DNA of 64,000 nucleotides from Octopus vulgaris (GCA_951406725.2 OX597815.1:203360001-203424000), one strand, 5' to 3'. Numbered from the stretch's first letter, positions 13,590-27,320 are shown. Program-made: numbers and translations. The notes: generated by a model not told the origin, from the letters alone.

Positions 13590-14140
13590 TAGTAGCTGTG
13601 GAAGCCGGTTGTCAGACTCGCTTTTCCAGAGATCGTCTCTTTAAAAGAGCTGCAGATGTGGATCAGGAGTAGACCGAAGAAAGGCGCCTGGCACCTAAAG
13701 TGCCAGGTGCTAACAGCCTTCTACCAGTCGGGCAATGCGGTCGATGGAATTTTTTCTTAGCTTTCTGTTGAGAGCTAGTGCCAGTCAAGAGTGATGGCGT
13801 TCTTGGACAGACCTCGGTTGTCAGTGGAATTCAACAGGCTAGTATGTTTCGGAGGATATTTGGGCCGGAGCCCTGGATAATTTCCAGAAATCCCTGCCGT
13901 TTCGGGAGAAATTTTACAAGATTGGAATTATCGTCAACCAGATCTTCCTGAAATGCGCAAAGGGCAACGAAACTGTTCTGCATGCACATTTTCATGCCCG
14001 GTCATGATTGACTCATGGAATTACGTCGAACACCTGGTTTCGCCTATACGACTGATCTAGCTGCCAACAGAGTCCATTGTGAAGGTCGTTCTTTTCCGTT
14101 CCCTTAGCCTAGAAGGACGAGCTATCTTCATCTTTCATGC
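13590..14140 (+). mobile_element. Possible L1/Tx1-like LINE 3' remnant
   Basis: GC-richer segment with a degenerate C..C...ET..H zinc-knuckle-like reading near 13950-13990. Confidence 0.3.
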
Positions 14141-14659
14141 ATTGTGCCTGTAATAGAAGGAACTATTATTATTAGTTGTAAGGTGGTCACCTGGCAAAAT
14201 CGCTTGAGCGCCGGAAAAATTCTTTGTGGCATTTCTTCCATCCTTTACATTTTACATTCAAATCCCGACAAATTCAATTTTGCTTTGCATTCTTTCGGCG
14301 ACTATAAAATGAAGTACCAGTCACATACGGGGTCGATTTAACCGAATAAGTACCTCACTCTAAATTTGCTGGCTTGTGCCAAAATTGAAGCAATCATTAA
14401 TATTACTTGTAATAGTAATAATAGTAAGGTCAGGAATTCCATCACAAGCTCATGAGACTTGCTACTGGGGCCATGCAAACCAGTTCTACCGGTTTTATGG
14501 TCGAGTGGTCGGCATCTAAACTGGCTCTCCAACTTGAGTAGCTTGCTACTCCTGTGAGAAGGGTGTCTTAAGAACAAGACCCGTCGGAGGAGGGACGAGC
14601 TTGTTGCTGGGGAAGGCAATGGCAAAGCACCCCAATATTTTTGCCAAGAAAACACTCTT

Positions 14660-14872
14660 TACTCACTTTTACTCTTTTACTTGTTTCAGTCATTTGACTG
14701 CGGCCATGCTGGAGCACCGCCTTTAGTCGAGCAAATCGACCCCGGGACTTATTCTTTGTAAGCCCAGTACTTATTCTATCGGTCTCTTTGGCCGAACCGC
14801 TAAGTGACGGGGACGTAAACACACAAGCATCGGTTGTCAAGCAATGCTAGGGGGACAAACACACACACACAA

Positions 14873-14913
<41 letters not shown>

Positions 14914-15079
14914 TACGACAGGCTTCTTTTCAGTTTCCGTCTACCAAATCCACTCACAAGGCATTGGTCGGCCCGGGGCTATAGCAAAAGGCACTTGCCC
15001 AAGATGCCACGCAGTGGGACGGAACCCGGAACCATGTGGTTGGTTAGCAAGCTACTTACCACACAGCCACTCCTGCGCC
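14660..15079 (-). mobile_element. tRNA-derived SINE family 1 copy
   Basis: Minus head GGCGCAGGAGTGGCTGTGTGG (A box)...GGTTC (B box); internal (TA)n; at least 6 copies in window. Confidence 0.88.
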
Positions 15080-15182
15080 TCCTGTGAACAATTCAAAACG
15101 AAATCATACTATGGCTTCATTCTATGGAAGAACTCGCGCTTAATCGGGAAGACGTTTGTTGTAGTGTACGATATATGACGAA

Positions 15183-15330
<148 letters not shown>

Positions 15331-15788
15331 AGCTGTAAGAGAATAGAGTTTTTAGAATTAGTCGCACAAGCAACAGCAACAACACCTATGTTAGTATTAG
15401 GAGCATCGAGAGCAGCTGCAATGACAGACGAGGGTTACGATAGCCGTTAGCAGTAGATAGGTTTATGATTTTTTTTTCTGTTTTACACACGTTTTCACAG
15501 GAAAGCATTTAGAATGAACCAAACATAGAAAGCGGTTAGTTGTGTTGCCAGTTAAATATGAAATGTAATTCAAACAAAATGACACCATTTCCGCTTCACA
15601 AGTTTCCGAAGAAGTATATAACATCGGATCCATAAGCATGCTTAGTTTGCTATTTCCTACACACACACACACACACACACAGACACTGACACACACACAC
15701 AGACACACACACACACACACACACATACACACACACGCACTCACACACACATTTATATAAATATGTATATATATATATATATACATAT

Positions 15789-16117
15789 TCGACTGGCTTC
15801 TGTGCCGGTGGCACATAAAAAGCACCATCCGAACGTGGCCGATGCCAGCACCGCCTCGACTGGCTTCTGTGCCGGTGGCACATAAAAAGCACCAACCGAT
15901 CGTGGCCGATGCCAGACCCCTCTGGCACCTGTGCAGGTGGCACGTAAAAAGCACCCACTATACTCGCGGAGTGGTTGGCGTTAGGAAGGGCATCCAGCTG
16001 TAGAAACACTGCCAGATCAGACTGGAGGCTGGAGCAGCCCCTGGCTCCCCAGACCCCGGTCGAACCGTCCAACCCGTGCTAGCGCGGAAAACGGACGTTA
16101 AATGATGATGATGATGA
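15789..16117 (+). mobile_element. RTE-type LINE 3' tail (internal ~60-bp tandem units, (GAT)n tail)
   Basis: Same tail as the RTE copy at 55520-56737; repeated gccggtggcacataaaaagcacc units. Confidence 0.8.
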
Positions 16118-16222
16118 TTCGTATGTATATATATATATACTGTATATATATATATTATATATGTATATTTTTATAGACACACACACACATATATATGTAT
16201 ATGTATGCATATATATGTATAC

Positions 16223-16465
16223 ATGAAAGCGTATGGTTTAGTGGTTAAGGTGTTGCACGCACGATTGCGAGATCATGGTCTCGATCCCCAGACCGAGTGA
16301 TGTGTTGTGTTCTTGAGCAAAGCTCTTCATTTTACGTTCATCTGCGATCATTTCATCATCTGACATGTGGCACACGGTGCACCTGTACAGGTAATGTCGA
16401 TTTGACGGAGGGAGTGAGCTTATGCGTACACAGCCATTTGATCACTATAAACAAATCTTCTGTGT
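16223..16465 (+). mobile_element. tRNA-derived SINE family 3 copy
   Basis: tggtttagtggttaagg A-box, ggtctcgatccc B-box-like, cttgagcaa central motif. Confidence 0.65.
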
Positions 16466-17346
16466 GTACAGTTATATATGCATACATTTGTGATATATGA
16501 ATACACACACACACACATATACAGTTATATATGAATACATATGTGTATATATATATGCGTGTATGTGTACGGTTATATATGTATATGTACATAATATATA
16601 ATATATAAATGTGTGTATGTGTGTGTGTGTGTGAGTGTGTAGTGCGTTTTACATTGCATAAAACTACAGTCGGAAGTTTAAAGTAAGTGTCAAACTTATC
16701 CTTGTGAAAGTAATGTGTGTGTGTTTGTTTACAATTCTGTTTGCATACGAGACAAAAGCAAAATACGAAGTACTCAATACGTGTCGTAGAGTTTATTCAT
16801 ACACTCGAAGCTGCTGAGTCACTCCGCTGTTATTCCAAGTTTCCCTCTTTTGTACAATTGTTTTGCGAAAAAGAAAAAATTACGAACTGTTTGAGGTTCT
16901 GCATACCAGTCACTGTCCTTATGCAAAGCGAGGGCTTCCCAGATAGCATTGTTTCGTAAGCCAATCTTTCTCTTAAGCCCACAAAATATGTTTTGAAAGA
17001 GATATGACTGGTACGAAAATGTGCACCAAGCAATGCAAAAGTGGGCATACCATTTTTATTAATTGACATAAGTTGTTAAAATTGAGTACGTTGGTAGAGT
17101 ACTCTAGAGTACTCCTTCCTCTATTCGAAGATAGTAATCAACATGGCCTCTATCATGAGCTATGCGTTAGTATCATCGTTGAATACAAAACTTGAATTAC
17201 CTTTGAGAATCTTCAAGTGTACTCTGTTGTACCCAATTCAAATCCACTTTCACTTCGACTGAGTCATCAAATCGCTGACCCCAAATCCTAACCTTCATTG
17301 CAGCGAACAAATGAAACATTGCATTTCTTTCCATAGAACTCACGTA

Positions 17347-17430
<84 letters not shown>

Positions 17431-17511
17431 TTCCTGTAAGTGTGTATGTATATATATTTGTTTTTATGTTCAGTTATAATAAAAATAATTTTACATTCAG
17501 TTACATGCACG

Positions 17512-17561
<50 letters not shown>

Positions 17562-19889
17562 AACACACACACAAACACACACACACAAGTAGTGTGTGTA
17601 TATGTATGCACGTATTTATATCATATATTTATGCATATTATATCTAAGTATACACATGCATACTGACACACAAAGGCACTCGTATATAAAGAAAGAAAGT
17701 AGGAAGATGGGAAGAGAGAGACATGAAAAATATCTCCAGTCGTAAACTGATTCCACTTGATTGTATTTATATTTATACAGTTAGAAGTAGTGTCAGAGTA
17801 TATTACAATGATTGATCGAACTCAATTTCACTCTGACTGAGGTCAATTTTTTGTCATAATACTGAACAAATATGCTCTAGGATTATCCTGTCACTAATGG
17901 ACATCTTCATTAGTAATGAATGATTTTTATGTGGACAGTTATTGTGTCATTTTGTCACTCTTAACAGCTTTCTCTCCATCTCTCTCCTTTCTCTTTCTCT
18001 CTCCTTTCTCTTTCTCTCTCTCTGTTTTACTAATTTTCTCTCAGGATTATAAAACGGGTGTGTCGAAAGTATTGTACATCTAGCCTATCGCCACTCTTTT
18101 TATCATCGTTAGATCAGCAATAGTATCATTATCCCGGAGACGAAGACTTCAGTGACTGTCGCAACTTTCACCGGATGGAGAATACCGAAACGCCAGTTGA
18201 TGCACAGAAGGCACTAAATTGTCGAGCAAGGTGAAGATCAACGCGTTTGCATGGTTTGCCCCACAAATATTACGTGTTCTGCATTAACTTCCTTGTAAAT
18301 TTCCGTCTCACGTCGTTCCTTGCTCCAATTGGCATCCAACAAGACAAGGGTTTATACTTTTCCACTTATTATGGAAAAGATGGCTTACATTTGTAAGAGT
18401 TAGCACTTCCTTCTCTAAGCTTAGATTCGAAATCGAATCCAAGAATCATCGGTCGTCAAATACCAATGCATGTATAGGCGCGAAATTTAAAGATCCTTTG
18501 TTCTGTCAAAAAGTGATTGATCATCTCCCTTTGACCTACGACCTGAGCCATGTTAGGCGAAGTTCAACTGGACACGCGTTGCCCTACTTAGTATGTCTAT
18601 CTGTTGCAATATGTCTATCTTTCTAGCTGTTTGAAATATTATAAATACAGAGGGAAAAACAAAGAAAGACACACAATCGGAGCTGACACAGCAGCAGACA
18701 CCCCGCGTTTTGGAGACGACAAAGAAATGCCTACAGGCTACTGTTCTGAATGATTCACGCACACACCCACACACACACAAACATATTCATCTTTAATATG
18801 TGTTCTGTACAAGTAATGCGTAGCATTTGCTTACATTTTTATGTAGTGAACTTATAATCCATGTAAATAAATCCCTTTGTAATCATGAAACAGTTTACGT
18901 ATTTATTTACGCACACACGCATCTACTACACATTGATTAGGTGGTTTATTAGGTTCCTTACTCTCAACTTACCGATGCTGAAAATGCACAGGAAAGAACT
19001 GCAGCGGCAAAACATACAAACATTCAATAGTAAATAAAAGGATGTTGTTTGGCATCTCAACAGCTCTTCTCTTTAATGAAGCTGCAACCTCGGGTTAAGT
19101 GATGACCGAAATTTAGCGCATATCATCTAGATTGTTATCAGGCGCACAAAATCATATATCTACTGCTCGGGCAATGTGGATGTTAATTCTTGCATTATAT
19201 AGAGGGTTAGTGGTGGTGTGAAAGATGCCTTTCTCAAGTAGGCAATTGATAACTTCTAGAATCACCTGGACTGACTAATTCTGGGGGAGAGCGTATTGCT
19301 TGTTCAGGATATCCTTAGAGAAACCTGTTTGCCGGATGCAGTGTGCAGGGGATGACGAAGCCATCATGGAAGCATTCTCGTCCGACAATTGCAAATCTAT
19401 GCTATCATGTTGAACAGCTGTTGTCACAGTCCTTTTGCTTAGAAGATAAGGAACATTTTCCTCTATCTGGTTATTGTACTGAAAGAAATCGTGTAGTGGA
19501 CGAGATGGAAAAGACAGAATTTGGGCACTACCATTATTGGCAATCCCATACTATCTTTTTCAAATATTACTTAAGAGATAGAAGTTAGAGAATAAAACGT
19601 TGCATATTTGCTGCATGGGTAGTGAAGCTAGTGTGTCGTCTGTTAGAGTGTTAATAAGCTTAGCATGCACCGATAGGTAACGAAGCACAATCGGGAGAGT
19701 GTGTTTGGTCTCGACAGTATGAATAGCCTGGAGTTTGTGGATTCTCAGTTAACCATAGCGGGTTGTTCCTGAGAGGGAACAATTTTCTGTTGTGTTTCTG
19801 CTTGAACTCATACTATTTAGACCTCAGTTAATGTTTTACATACCCGAGATTCTGATCCCCACTCCAACATTGTTATTTGTCCTTTGTAC

Positions 19890-20032
19890 TATACATACAT
19901 ACATACATACATACATACATTCAAACATACATACATACATACATACATACATACATACATACATACACACACACATACATACATACATACATACATACAT
20001 ACATACATACATACATACATACATACATACAC

Positions 20033-20063
<31 letters not shown>

Positions 20064-20100
20064 CATACATACATACATACATACATACATACATACATAG
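19890..20100. repeat. (TACA)n microsatellite
   Basis: Direct observation. Confidence 0.95.
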
Positions 20101-20744
20101 ACAGAGTCTAACATTATATAAGATCTTACGTCTAAAAAAAATTACTGCTTACAAACATAACATCAATCATATCTTACATTATATTATATTAACGAAATAA
20201 GATTAAAAACAAAATTTTAAAAAATGACATTACTAATAATTGAATTCGTAATTTGATTCAGTCAAACATCATGTGGCAAATTTCAAGTGGAAAGAAATGT
20301 CATTAAAAATACTTAAACTTTATTGCAGTTAAAGATTCTCATTCAAACTTTATATACAGAGAGAGAGAAAGATACATACATACATACATACATACATACA
20401 TACATACATACATACATACATACATACATACATACAGTGTGTGTGTGATTATTTGAGAAAAATCCTCGTTTTATTCACAGTATTTCTGTGATATTTATTA
20501 ATTCATTTGTTTATTTATCGTTATATTTGTTGGTCTGTATCAATTCTTTTTTTTATTTTCTAAGTTGCTTTTGATAAAAGCTTGAAGGAAAAAAGGAGAT
20601 ATGTAATATATATATATATATAATATAAAGTTAATCCAAACAAGAAAACACAAAAAAAAAACGAAAAAAAAAAAACACAACAACGCGAGGACGTGGAACA
20701 AATAAAGTATTATTGGACGCTCAGGAAAGAAGGGAAGTAGGAGG

Positions 20745-20779
20745 GTTTAACGTTTCGAGTGGAGCTCTTCGTCGGAAAC
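20745..20779 (-). ncRNA. Degenerate minimal hammerhead motif, same family as 86-121
   Basis: GTTT-CCGACGA-A-GAG ctcca CTC-GAAA-CGT-TA-AAC; downstream ttcctgagcg..taatac shared with 140-160; unit 20625-20780 flanked by (TA)n. Confidence 0.55.
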
Positions 20780-21023
20780 ATAATATATATATATATAAAG
20801 AGAGATATATGAAAAGTGCACGAACAAAAAGGAATGCGTGTGTGCTTACAAGTTTGCGTGTATGTGAGTGCGTGTGTGTGTGTGTGTGTGTGTGGATGTA
20901 TGGATGTGGTGTATGTGTGTGATGTTAGTCTATACATGTGCTTGTATGTCTGTGAGTGTATGTGTATATATATGTATGTGTATGAACATGGGGATATATA
21001 TATATATATATATGTATGTATGC

Positions 21024-21065
<42 letters not shown>

Positions 21066-21066
21066 C

Positions 21067-21106
<40 letters not shown>

Positions 21107-21107
<1 letters not shown>

Positions 21108-21281
21108 TTATTGGCCACGCAGGGCTAAACACAGAAGGGACAAAATACAAAGTAGAGCTTTTCTTTTGGGGAAGAAGCGAAGGGGAAAAAAGAAAAAAAG
21201 TGGTGGGGGCGAATTCCGATCAAAAGGGATCGTGAAAAGAAAAAGGTGGGGGCAATTCCGATCAAAAGCGATCGTGAAAAA

Positions 21282-21284
<3 letters not shown>
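21107..21284 (-). mobile_element. Retroelement 3' end inserted in a (GATA)n tract
   Basis: Flanked both sides by (GATA)n; ends ...gtgtttagccctgcgtggccAATAAA on minus; internal ~37-bp duplication. Confidence 0.6.
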
Positions 21285-21377
<93 letters not shown>

Positions 21378-21862
21378 TCTGAACAATTGCAAGTCCTGAA
21401 TGTCCTTGCTTGTGCATGAAGCCGGTCATGCCGCACTAGCAATACAAGCACCATCCCCACCGTAGTGCATGATGTATTCTTCCACAAGGAAGAAGATGAA
21501 AGTCAACGGAAGCAAAGGAAACCAAACTATAAAGACTGGTGAATATCGTTAATGACTCAAAGATTCAGGTGGTTTTAAAGAGAGAGAGAGAGTGTGAAAG
21601 AGCGCTCTTGTTCACAATCATGTTACCGTAGCAAAGCAGTACCACGATCTTGTAGTGTATTCAAACAGAAAGAAGAAAGAATTGTTAAGTTGATTGTGCC
21701 AAGGGAAGGTTGTGTAAAATGGACAAATGCACAAAAGCGTCTAAAGAATGAACAGCTAAGGGAGTTGTGTGGGGCTCTGTGGTAGAAATGTTCAGCTTTT
21801 CTATTTGAAGTGGGGTGTCGTAAGTTTGAAGTATGTAGCTTCCATGTTTTGCCAGGTAGATA

Positions 21863-22040
21863 TACGAGGGGGTGCTGAAATGTTCCTGGTTTTAAGGATT
21901 TCGTGAAAGGCCTGGTCGGAGGCCCAACCTTCTGAGTTCTTTTACAGAGCTTAGAAAAACTGTGGGACCGCTGCAATAAATATGTGAATTTGTGAGGGGA
22001 ATATGTTGAAGAGAATATTTTAAATTTGCATGTTTTCTGT
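21863..22040 (+). mobile_element. Mariner-like internally deleted fragment
   Basis: TA-CGAGGGGGTGCTGAAA TIR-like start followed by a transposase-terminal-like stretch (..KYVNL*GEYVEE). Confidence 0.45.
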
Positions 22041-22517
22041 GACTGCCTTCAAAATACTTGGATGCATTCAGTAGTTTTGTTTTCCTTCGTGATACCAATA
22101 GATTCACTGTGACGCAATCGATTCCCAGCTTTCCAGTTGATTATTGTCCCTCTTCAGTACCGTTTTAGGGCAGCCTTTATATCTTAACTCCGGTTTGTAA
22201 GAGGTCTTTACCGAAAACATAGTTCTCCATAAACAAGGAAATTAAAAATTTTTTCCAGCCCCCATACGAGCTATATGACCTGCTCGCCTCAATCTATTAC
22301 GTCACAAGAAATCTGGACCACGAATCCAAAACATGAAAACACGGGAATCACCGAATTCATTTTGATCATGGCTTGCTGCATGATTACAGTTGTAAGGTGA
22401 CTTCAATCCACCAACCGAGGACCATATCCGACATAGCTAAACGGCTCTCTCTCTCTCTCTCTCTCTCTTTTTTTCTCGTCACTCCTTGATTCTTCTGTCT
22501 ATCTGCTTTTACAATTT

Positions 22518-22595
<78 letters not shown>

Positions 22596-23049
22596 TTCTC
22601 CTCCTTAACCAACATTCGGCGCGAAAATATTCTTTAATTGTTATTCTACCTATTGACCAAAGTTCATTTCCTCTCTTGTTCTTGTAGTAGCTGCTGTTGT
22701 TGTTGTTTTTACTGTTGTTGTTGGGGGTGAGGTGATGGGGGGGTGTAATTATCGATGACATGTGAAAGCCAGATTATTGTTGATAACTTAAATCCACTTC
22801 GGTTATGCAAACCCAAAATTTTATGCAAACCCAAAATAATTTGAAAACAAAATATTTTGTATTTGTTTTCAATTTTTTAGGATTAGCTTACACTCTTTAT
22901 TGTTACAATGTTTGTTTAACGCTAATAAATGTATCATGAGTTGTAAGAGTTAGAACTGATGATTTCGGTGAAATCACAGGAGGAACAGCGCAACGGCAAT
23001 TTCAAATCGATTTCACATTACCGGAAGGTAACATGAAACGGTTAGGGAG

Positions 23050-23280
23050 GGTGAGCTGGCAGAAACGTTAGCACGCCGGGCGAAATGCTTTGTGGTATTT
23101 CGTCCGCCGCTGCGTTCTGAGTTCAAATTTCGCCGAGGTCGACTTTGCCTTTCATCCTTTCGGGTTCGATAAATTAAGTACCAGTCACGCACTGGGGTCG
23201 ATATAATCGACTTAATACCTATGTCTGTCCTTGTTTGTCTCCTCTGTGTTTAGCCCCTTGTGGGTAGTAAAGAAATAGGT
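23050..23280 (+). mobile_element. SINE family 2, full-length with target-site duplication
   Basis: GGTTAGGGAGGGTGAG repeated at 23040 and 23278. Confidence 0.85.
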
Positions 23281-23479
23281 TAGGGAGGGTGAGAGGAGAA
23301 ATTGAAATCTTTACATCAGAACGACAAGAAAATAATATTTCACAGGTTAACTGCAACAACAGCGAGAGTGGAGGCGCAATGGCCCTGTGGTTAGGGCAGC
23401 GGACTCGCGGTCGTAAGAACACGGTTTCGATTCCCAGACCGGGCATTGTGAGTGTTTATTGGGCAAAAACACCGCCTGT

Positions 23480-23959
23480 CTATCGCGTGTGGAGGGTGGA
23501 TCTTCAAGCTGCCGCACACATTCTTAGTAGCTTAGAGTAGGCTCGAATTAGAGATTATTCTTTGTGGCTAATTTTGTACTTTTTCAACCTTTTCACACTT
23601 CGTTCTTTCTTTCTCCCTCCCCTCTCACATTTCTTTGCCTTTCTTACTCACTTTTCACTTCACTATGTTCCTGTCTCTCTTTTTTTCTCGCCACTCCTCG
23701 ATTCTTCTGTCTATCTGCTTTTACAACTCTCACTCGCTCGCTCTCTCTCTCTTTCTCTTCTCCCCCTCCTTAATTCTTTTGTTCCTCTTTTTCTCTCTCT
23801 TCTCTTCTCACATGACTGATTGGCCGATTGCCAACCCTTTTGCGTCTGACTGTGGTCACTGCCACATCGATATTCTTCCCTCTGCCGTAAGGTTTCATTT
23901 CCACACACGCCAGCTGAATTCAATTCGTCCCCAGTCGAAAGACGCCTGTTGTTATGCCC

Positions 23960-23999
<40 letters not shown>

Positions 24000-24306
24000 G
24001 TATTTTGTATTTATATTCGTATAACATCGTCTCTGTTTTTCCGTTCTTGTTTTCGTATACATTCGATGCTTTTTTCCAAGGAATCTAATGCTCTTAGCTT
24101 AGTTTTTCCTTGAGGCTAGCCAGATTGGAGCAATCTCAAGATTAATCAGCCGAAATTGCGAGGATAATCCGGTTCTTGACTGAGGATAAAAGGCTTCGAA
24201 TGACCCGTCCTTGTTGTTTTTGTATTGTCTATCTGAATGTTTTGTTGTCCCCTTTTGTATCACCTAGTTGTCCGGACGTTTTGCGTTCTTGTCCCATTTT
24301 ATATTT

Positions 24307-24310
<4 letters not shown>
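23480..24310 (+). mobile_element. Penelope-like element 3' end remnant
   Basis: TGGATCTTCAAGCTG (WIFKL, typical of PLE GIY-YIG C-termini) followed by a pyrimidine-rich tail homologous to 8450-8860; ends in (TA)n. Confidence 0.5.
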
Positions 24311-24356
<46 letters not shown>

Positions 24357-24420
24357 TGTATATACATGCACACATATGTATATATGCACACACACACACA
24401 CATACACATAAATATATATC

Positions 24421-24706
24421 ATGAAAGCGCGTGGATTAGCGGTTAGGGGCATTCAGCTCACAATTGTAAGGTCGTGAGTTCAATTCCCGGCGACGCGTTG
24501 TGTCCTCGAGCAAGTCACTTTATTTCACGTTGCTCCAGTTCACTCACCTGACAATAATGAGTAGTACCAGTATTTCAAAGGGCCAGCCTTGTCACACTCT
24601 GTGTCACGCTGAATCTCCCTGAGAACTACATTAAGGGTACATGTGTCTGTGCTCAGCTACTTACACGTTAATTTCACGAGCAAGCTGTTCCGTTGATCGG
24701 AATGCT

Positions 24707-24763
<57 letters not shown>

Positions 24764-25024
24764 GTAGTAGTAGTAGTAACAGAAAAGAGGAATTTCGGTT
24801 GTCCCCACGTGGTGGGTTGTAATGTATATAAGACATAAAAAGGAAAATACGCACACTTACATGGTGTGACAAGGCTGGCCCTTTGAAATCCAGGTAGTAC
24901 TCATTTTTGCCAGGTGAGTGAACCGGAGCAACGTGAAATAAAGTGTCTTGCTCGAGGACACAACGCGTCGCCGGGAATTGAACTCATGACCATACGATCG
25001 TGAGCCGAATGCCCTAAGTGCCCT
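24421..25024. mobile_element. Two SINE family 3 copies in inverted orientation (24421-24709 +, 24865-25024 -)
   Basis: gagttcaattcccggcgacgcgttgtgtcctcgagcaag present on both strands. Confidence 0.85.
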
Positions 25025-25059
25025 AAAGTGTGAGTATTTTCCCATTTTAATTTCTCATA

Positions 25060-25178
<119 letters not shown>

Positions 25179-25246
25179 TTATATATATACATATATATAG
25201 ATCAATAAATGGTGGGGTTGTGTTGACCGCACGTGGAGAAATGATA

Positions 25247-25397
25247 AGTAAGGAAAATTTTTTTTAAAAATGCAGAATGCTCAAATGAAAGAAATGCAGA
25301 ATATTCAAATTTTCTCTCATTTTATAAAAATTTCTCATTTTATTAAAATTTTCTTTCATTTGAGCATTCTGCATTTTAAAAAAAATTTTCCTTACTT
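25247..25397. repeat. Short inverted repeat (~50-bp arms) between (TA)n tracts
   Basis: agtaaggaaaattttttttaaaaatgcagaatgctcaaatgaaagaaa vs its reverse complement at ~25350-25397. Confidence 0.8.
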
Positions 25398-25641
25398 TAC
25401 ATATATATATATATACATATATATATATACATATATATGAAATAGAAGGATGAATAATCTTGTAGCAGATTAATCAAAAGTTTAACCGATACCTTGGTAG
25501 CAAAAATCACAGCAGAAGACAGCACGGTTGGAGGTACAACCATATGGTGTTGCAACCGTGCGTTGGTGCGGATAATTGAATTTTAATATTATTAGTGAAT
25601 TGAAGAAATGGAGCTGAACGAAGATTGAACAGAAATCGTTT

Positions 25642-25734
25642 TATTTCATTCTACACGTGTTTCGAAAGGCACAATTTACCAAAATCCGATTGAATAATGA
25701 GACCATATTGTGTCTTTCTCTTCAGGAAGAAATA
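25642..25734 (-). ncRNA. Type-I hammerhead motif (left arm of palindrome 25586-25914)
   Basis: TATTTCTTC-CTGAAGA-GAAAGACACAAT..ATTGTGCCTTTC-GAAA-CACGTG-TA-GAAtGAAATA. Confidence 0.85.
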
Positions 25735-25765
25735 GGAAATCCGTTGTTTTTTCCAACGGATTTCC

Positions 25766-25858
25766 TATTTCTTCCTGAAGAGAAAGACACAATATGGTCT
25801 CATTATTCAATCGGATTTTGGTAAATTGTACCTTTCGAAACACGTGTAGAATGAAATA
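25766..25858 (+). ncRNA. Type-I hammerhead motif (right arm of palindrome)
   Basis: Same motif on the plus strand; intact core, palindromic CACGTG stem III, GUA site. Confidence 0.85.
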
Positions 25859-25910
25859 AAACGATTTCTGTTCAATCTTCGTTCAGCTCCATTTCTTCAA
25901 TTCACCAATA

Positions 25911-25933
25911 ATATATACATATATATATATATT

Positions 25934-25975
<42 letters not shown>

Positions 25976-26048
25976 CATATATATATATATTTATATATAT
26001 ACATATATATATATATATTTATATATATACATATACATATATATATGT

Positions 26049-26085
<37 letters not shown>

Positions 26086-26112
26086 CATATATATATATAC
26101 ATATATATATAC

Positions 26113-26169
<57 letters not shown>

Positions 26170-26214
26170 CATATATATATATACATATATATATATATAC
26201 ATATATATATATAC

Positions 26215-26307
<93 letters not shown>

Positions 26308-26334
26308 CATATATATATACATATATATATATAT

Positions 26335-26406
<72 letters not shown>
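25911..26406. repeat. ~500-bp (TA)n microsatellite with interspersed CA
   Basis: Direct observation. Confidence 0.95.
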
Positions 26407-26408
<2 letters not shown>

Positions 26409-26429
26409 GGCCCGGGTGCGAACGGTGGT

Positions 26430-26900
26430 AGGGTGGTCCCCATTGGGTGAGGTGGCGAGTTCGGATTGTCTCGAAGTCATGGTTGTCACTACAGAGCCAA
26501 CAGAGACGGAGGAAATGAGAATAAAGGATGGACAGTTTGATGTGGGCAGAGTAGGAGGAGGAGAAGTGGGGTGGGAGTCTGTGGTAAGAGTAGAGTGGTG
26601 GATGGTAATGGAAATATCGAGAAAATCTTTTTTGGGAGAGAAAGCAGGAGAATCCAAGAGTGGAACTGAAGGATTGGCCGAAAGACAGGAAGAGTTCAGT
26701 GAGTTCATACCAATATAGTCGTTGACGTAACAACCGTATAGCCCGGGAGTGGAACCGGTGAACTGGGAGAATATTTGGGCCTCAACACAGCCAACAAACA
26801 AGTTTACATAGTTGGGGGCTATTCTTGTTTCTATGGCCACTCACGAAACCTGAAGCAAGAAGCAATTTAAGGAGGAGGGTAGAGGGGCCAGGCTGAGGAT
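26430..26900 (-). pseudogene. Penelope-like reverse transcriptase remnant
   Basis: [16 protein letters not shown] (AMGT..AP.YANLF.G), YVNDYIG (YIDD), FLDISI and [20 protein letters not shown] (SIPYSQFLRLRR.CS) in shifted frames. Confidence 0.82.
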
Positions 26901-27234
26901 GCAGATTAAGAAAGTGTTTTAATGTGAGGCCTCCATGAGGGATGACAGACAGACAGATACATACACATGCGATTAAAAAACAAATATATACATGCGATTA
27001 AAAATACAAATATTAAACAAATGTAATAAAAATTGAAGTTCGTAAAACTCACACAGAAGTAATAAGAAGCAAACTTGACATTTTTATGAAATGTCAAGCT
27101 TAATGAATTTTAGGGCTAAACTAAAAATGGAAATAAGATGCACACAGTCTCACACGCGCACACCAACAAGCATGTACAAACGTATACAGATACTCACATA
27201 CATATATACAAACATGATCCATCCATCCACAAAC

Positions 27235-27291
<57 letters not shown>

Positions 27292-27320
27292 GTAGTTTAT
27301 TATTCAAACCTAAAGAAATC

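Noticed and set aside
15789-15960. Spaced ~60-bp repeats resembling a CRISPR array
   Set aside because: Tandem units of an RTE 3' UTR; the apparent spacers are themselves homologous and the context is eukaryotic.
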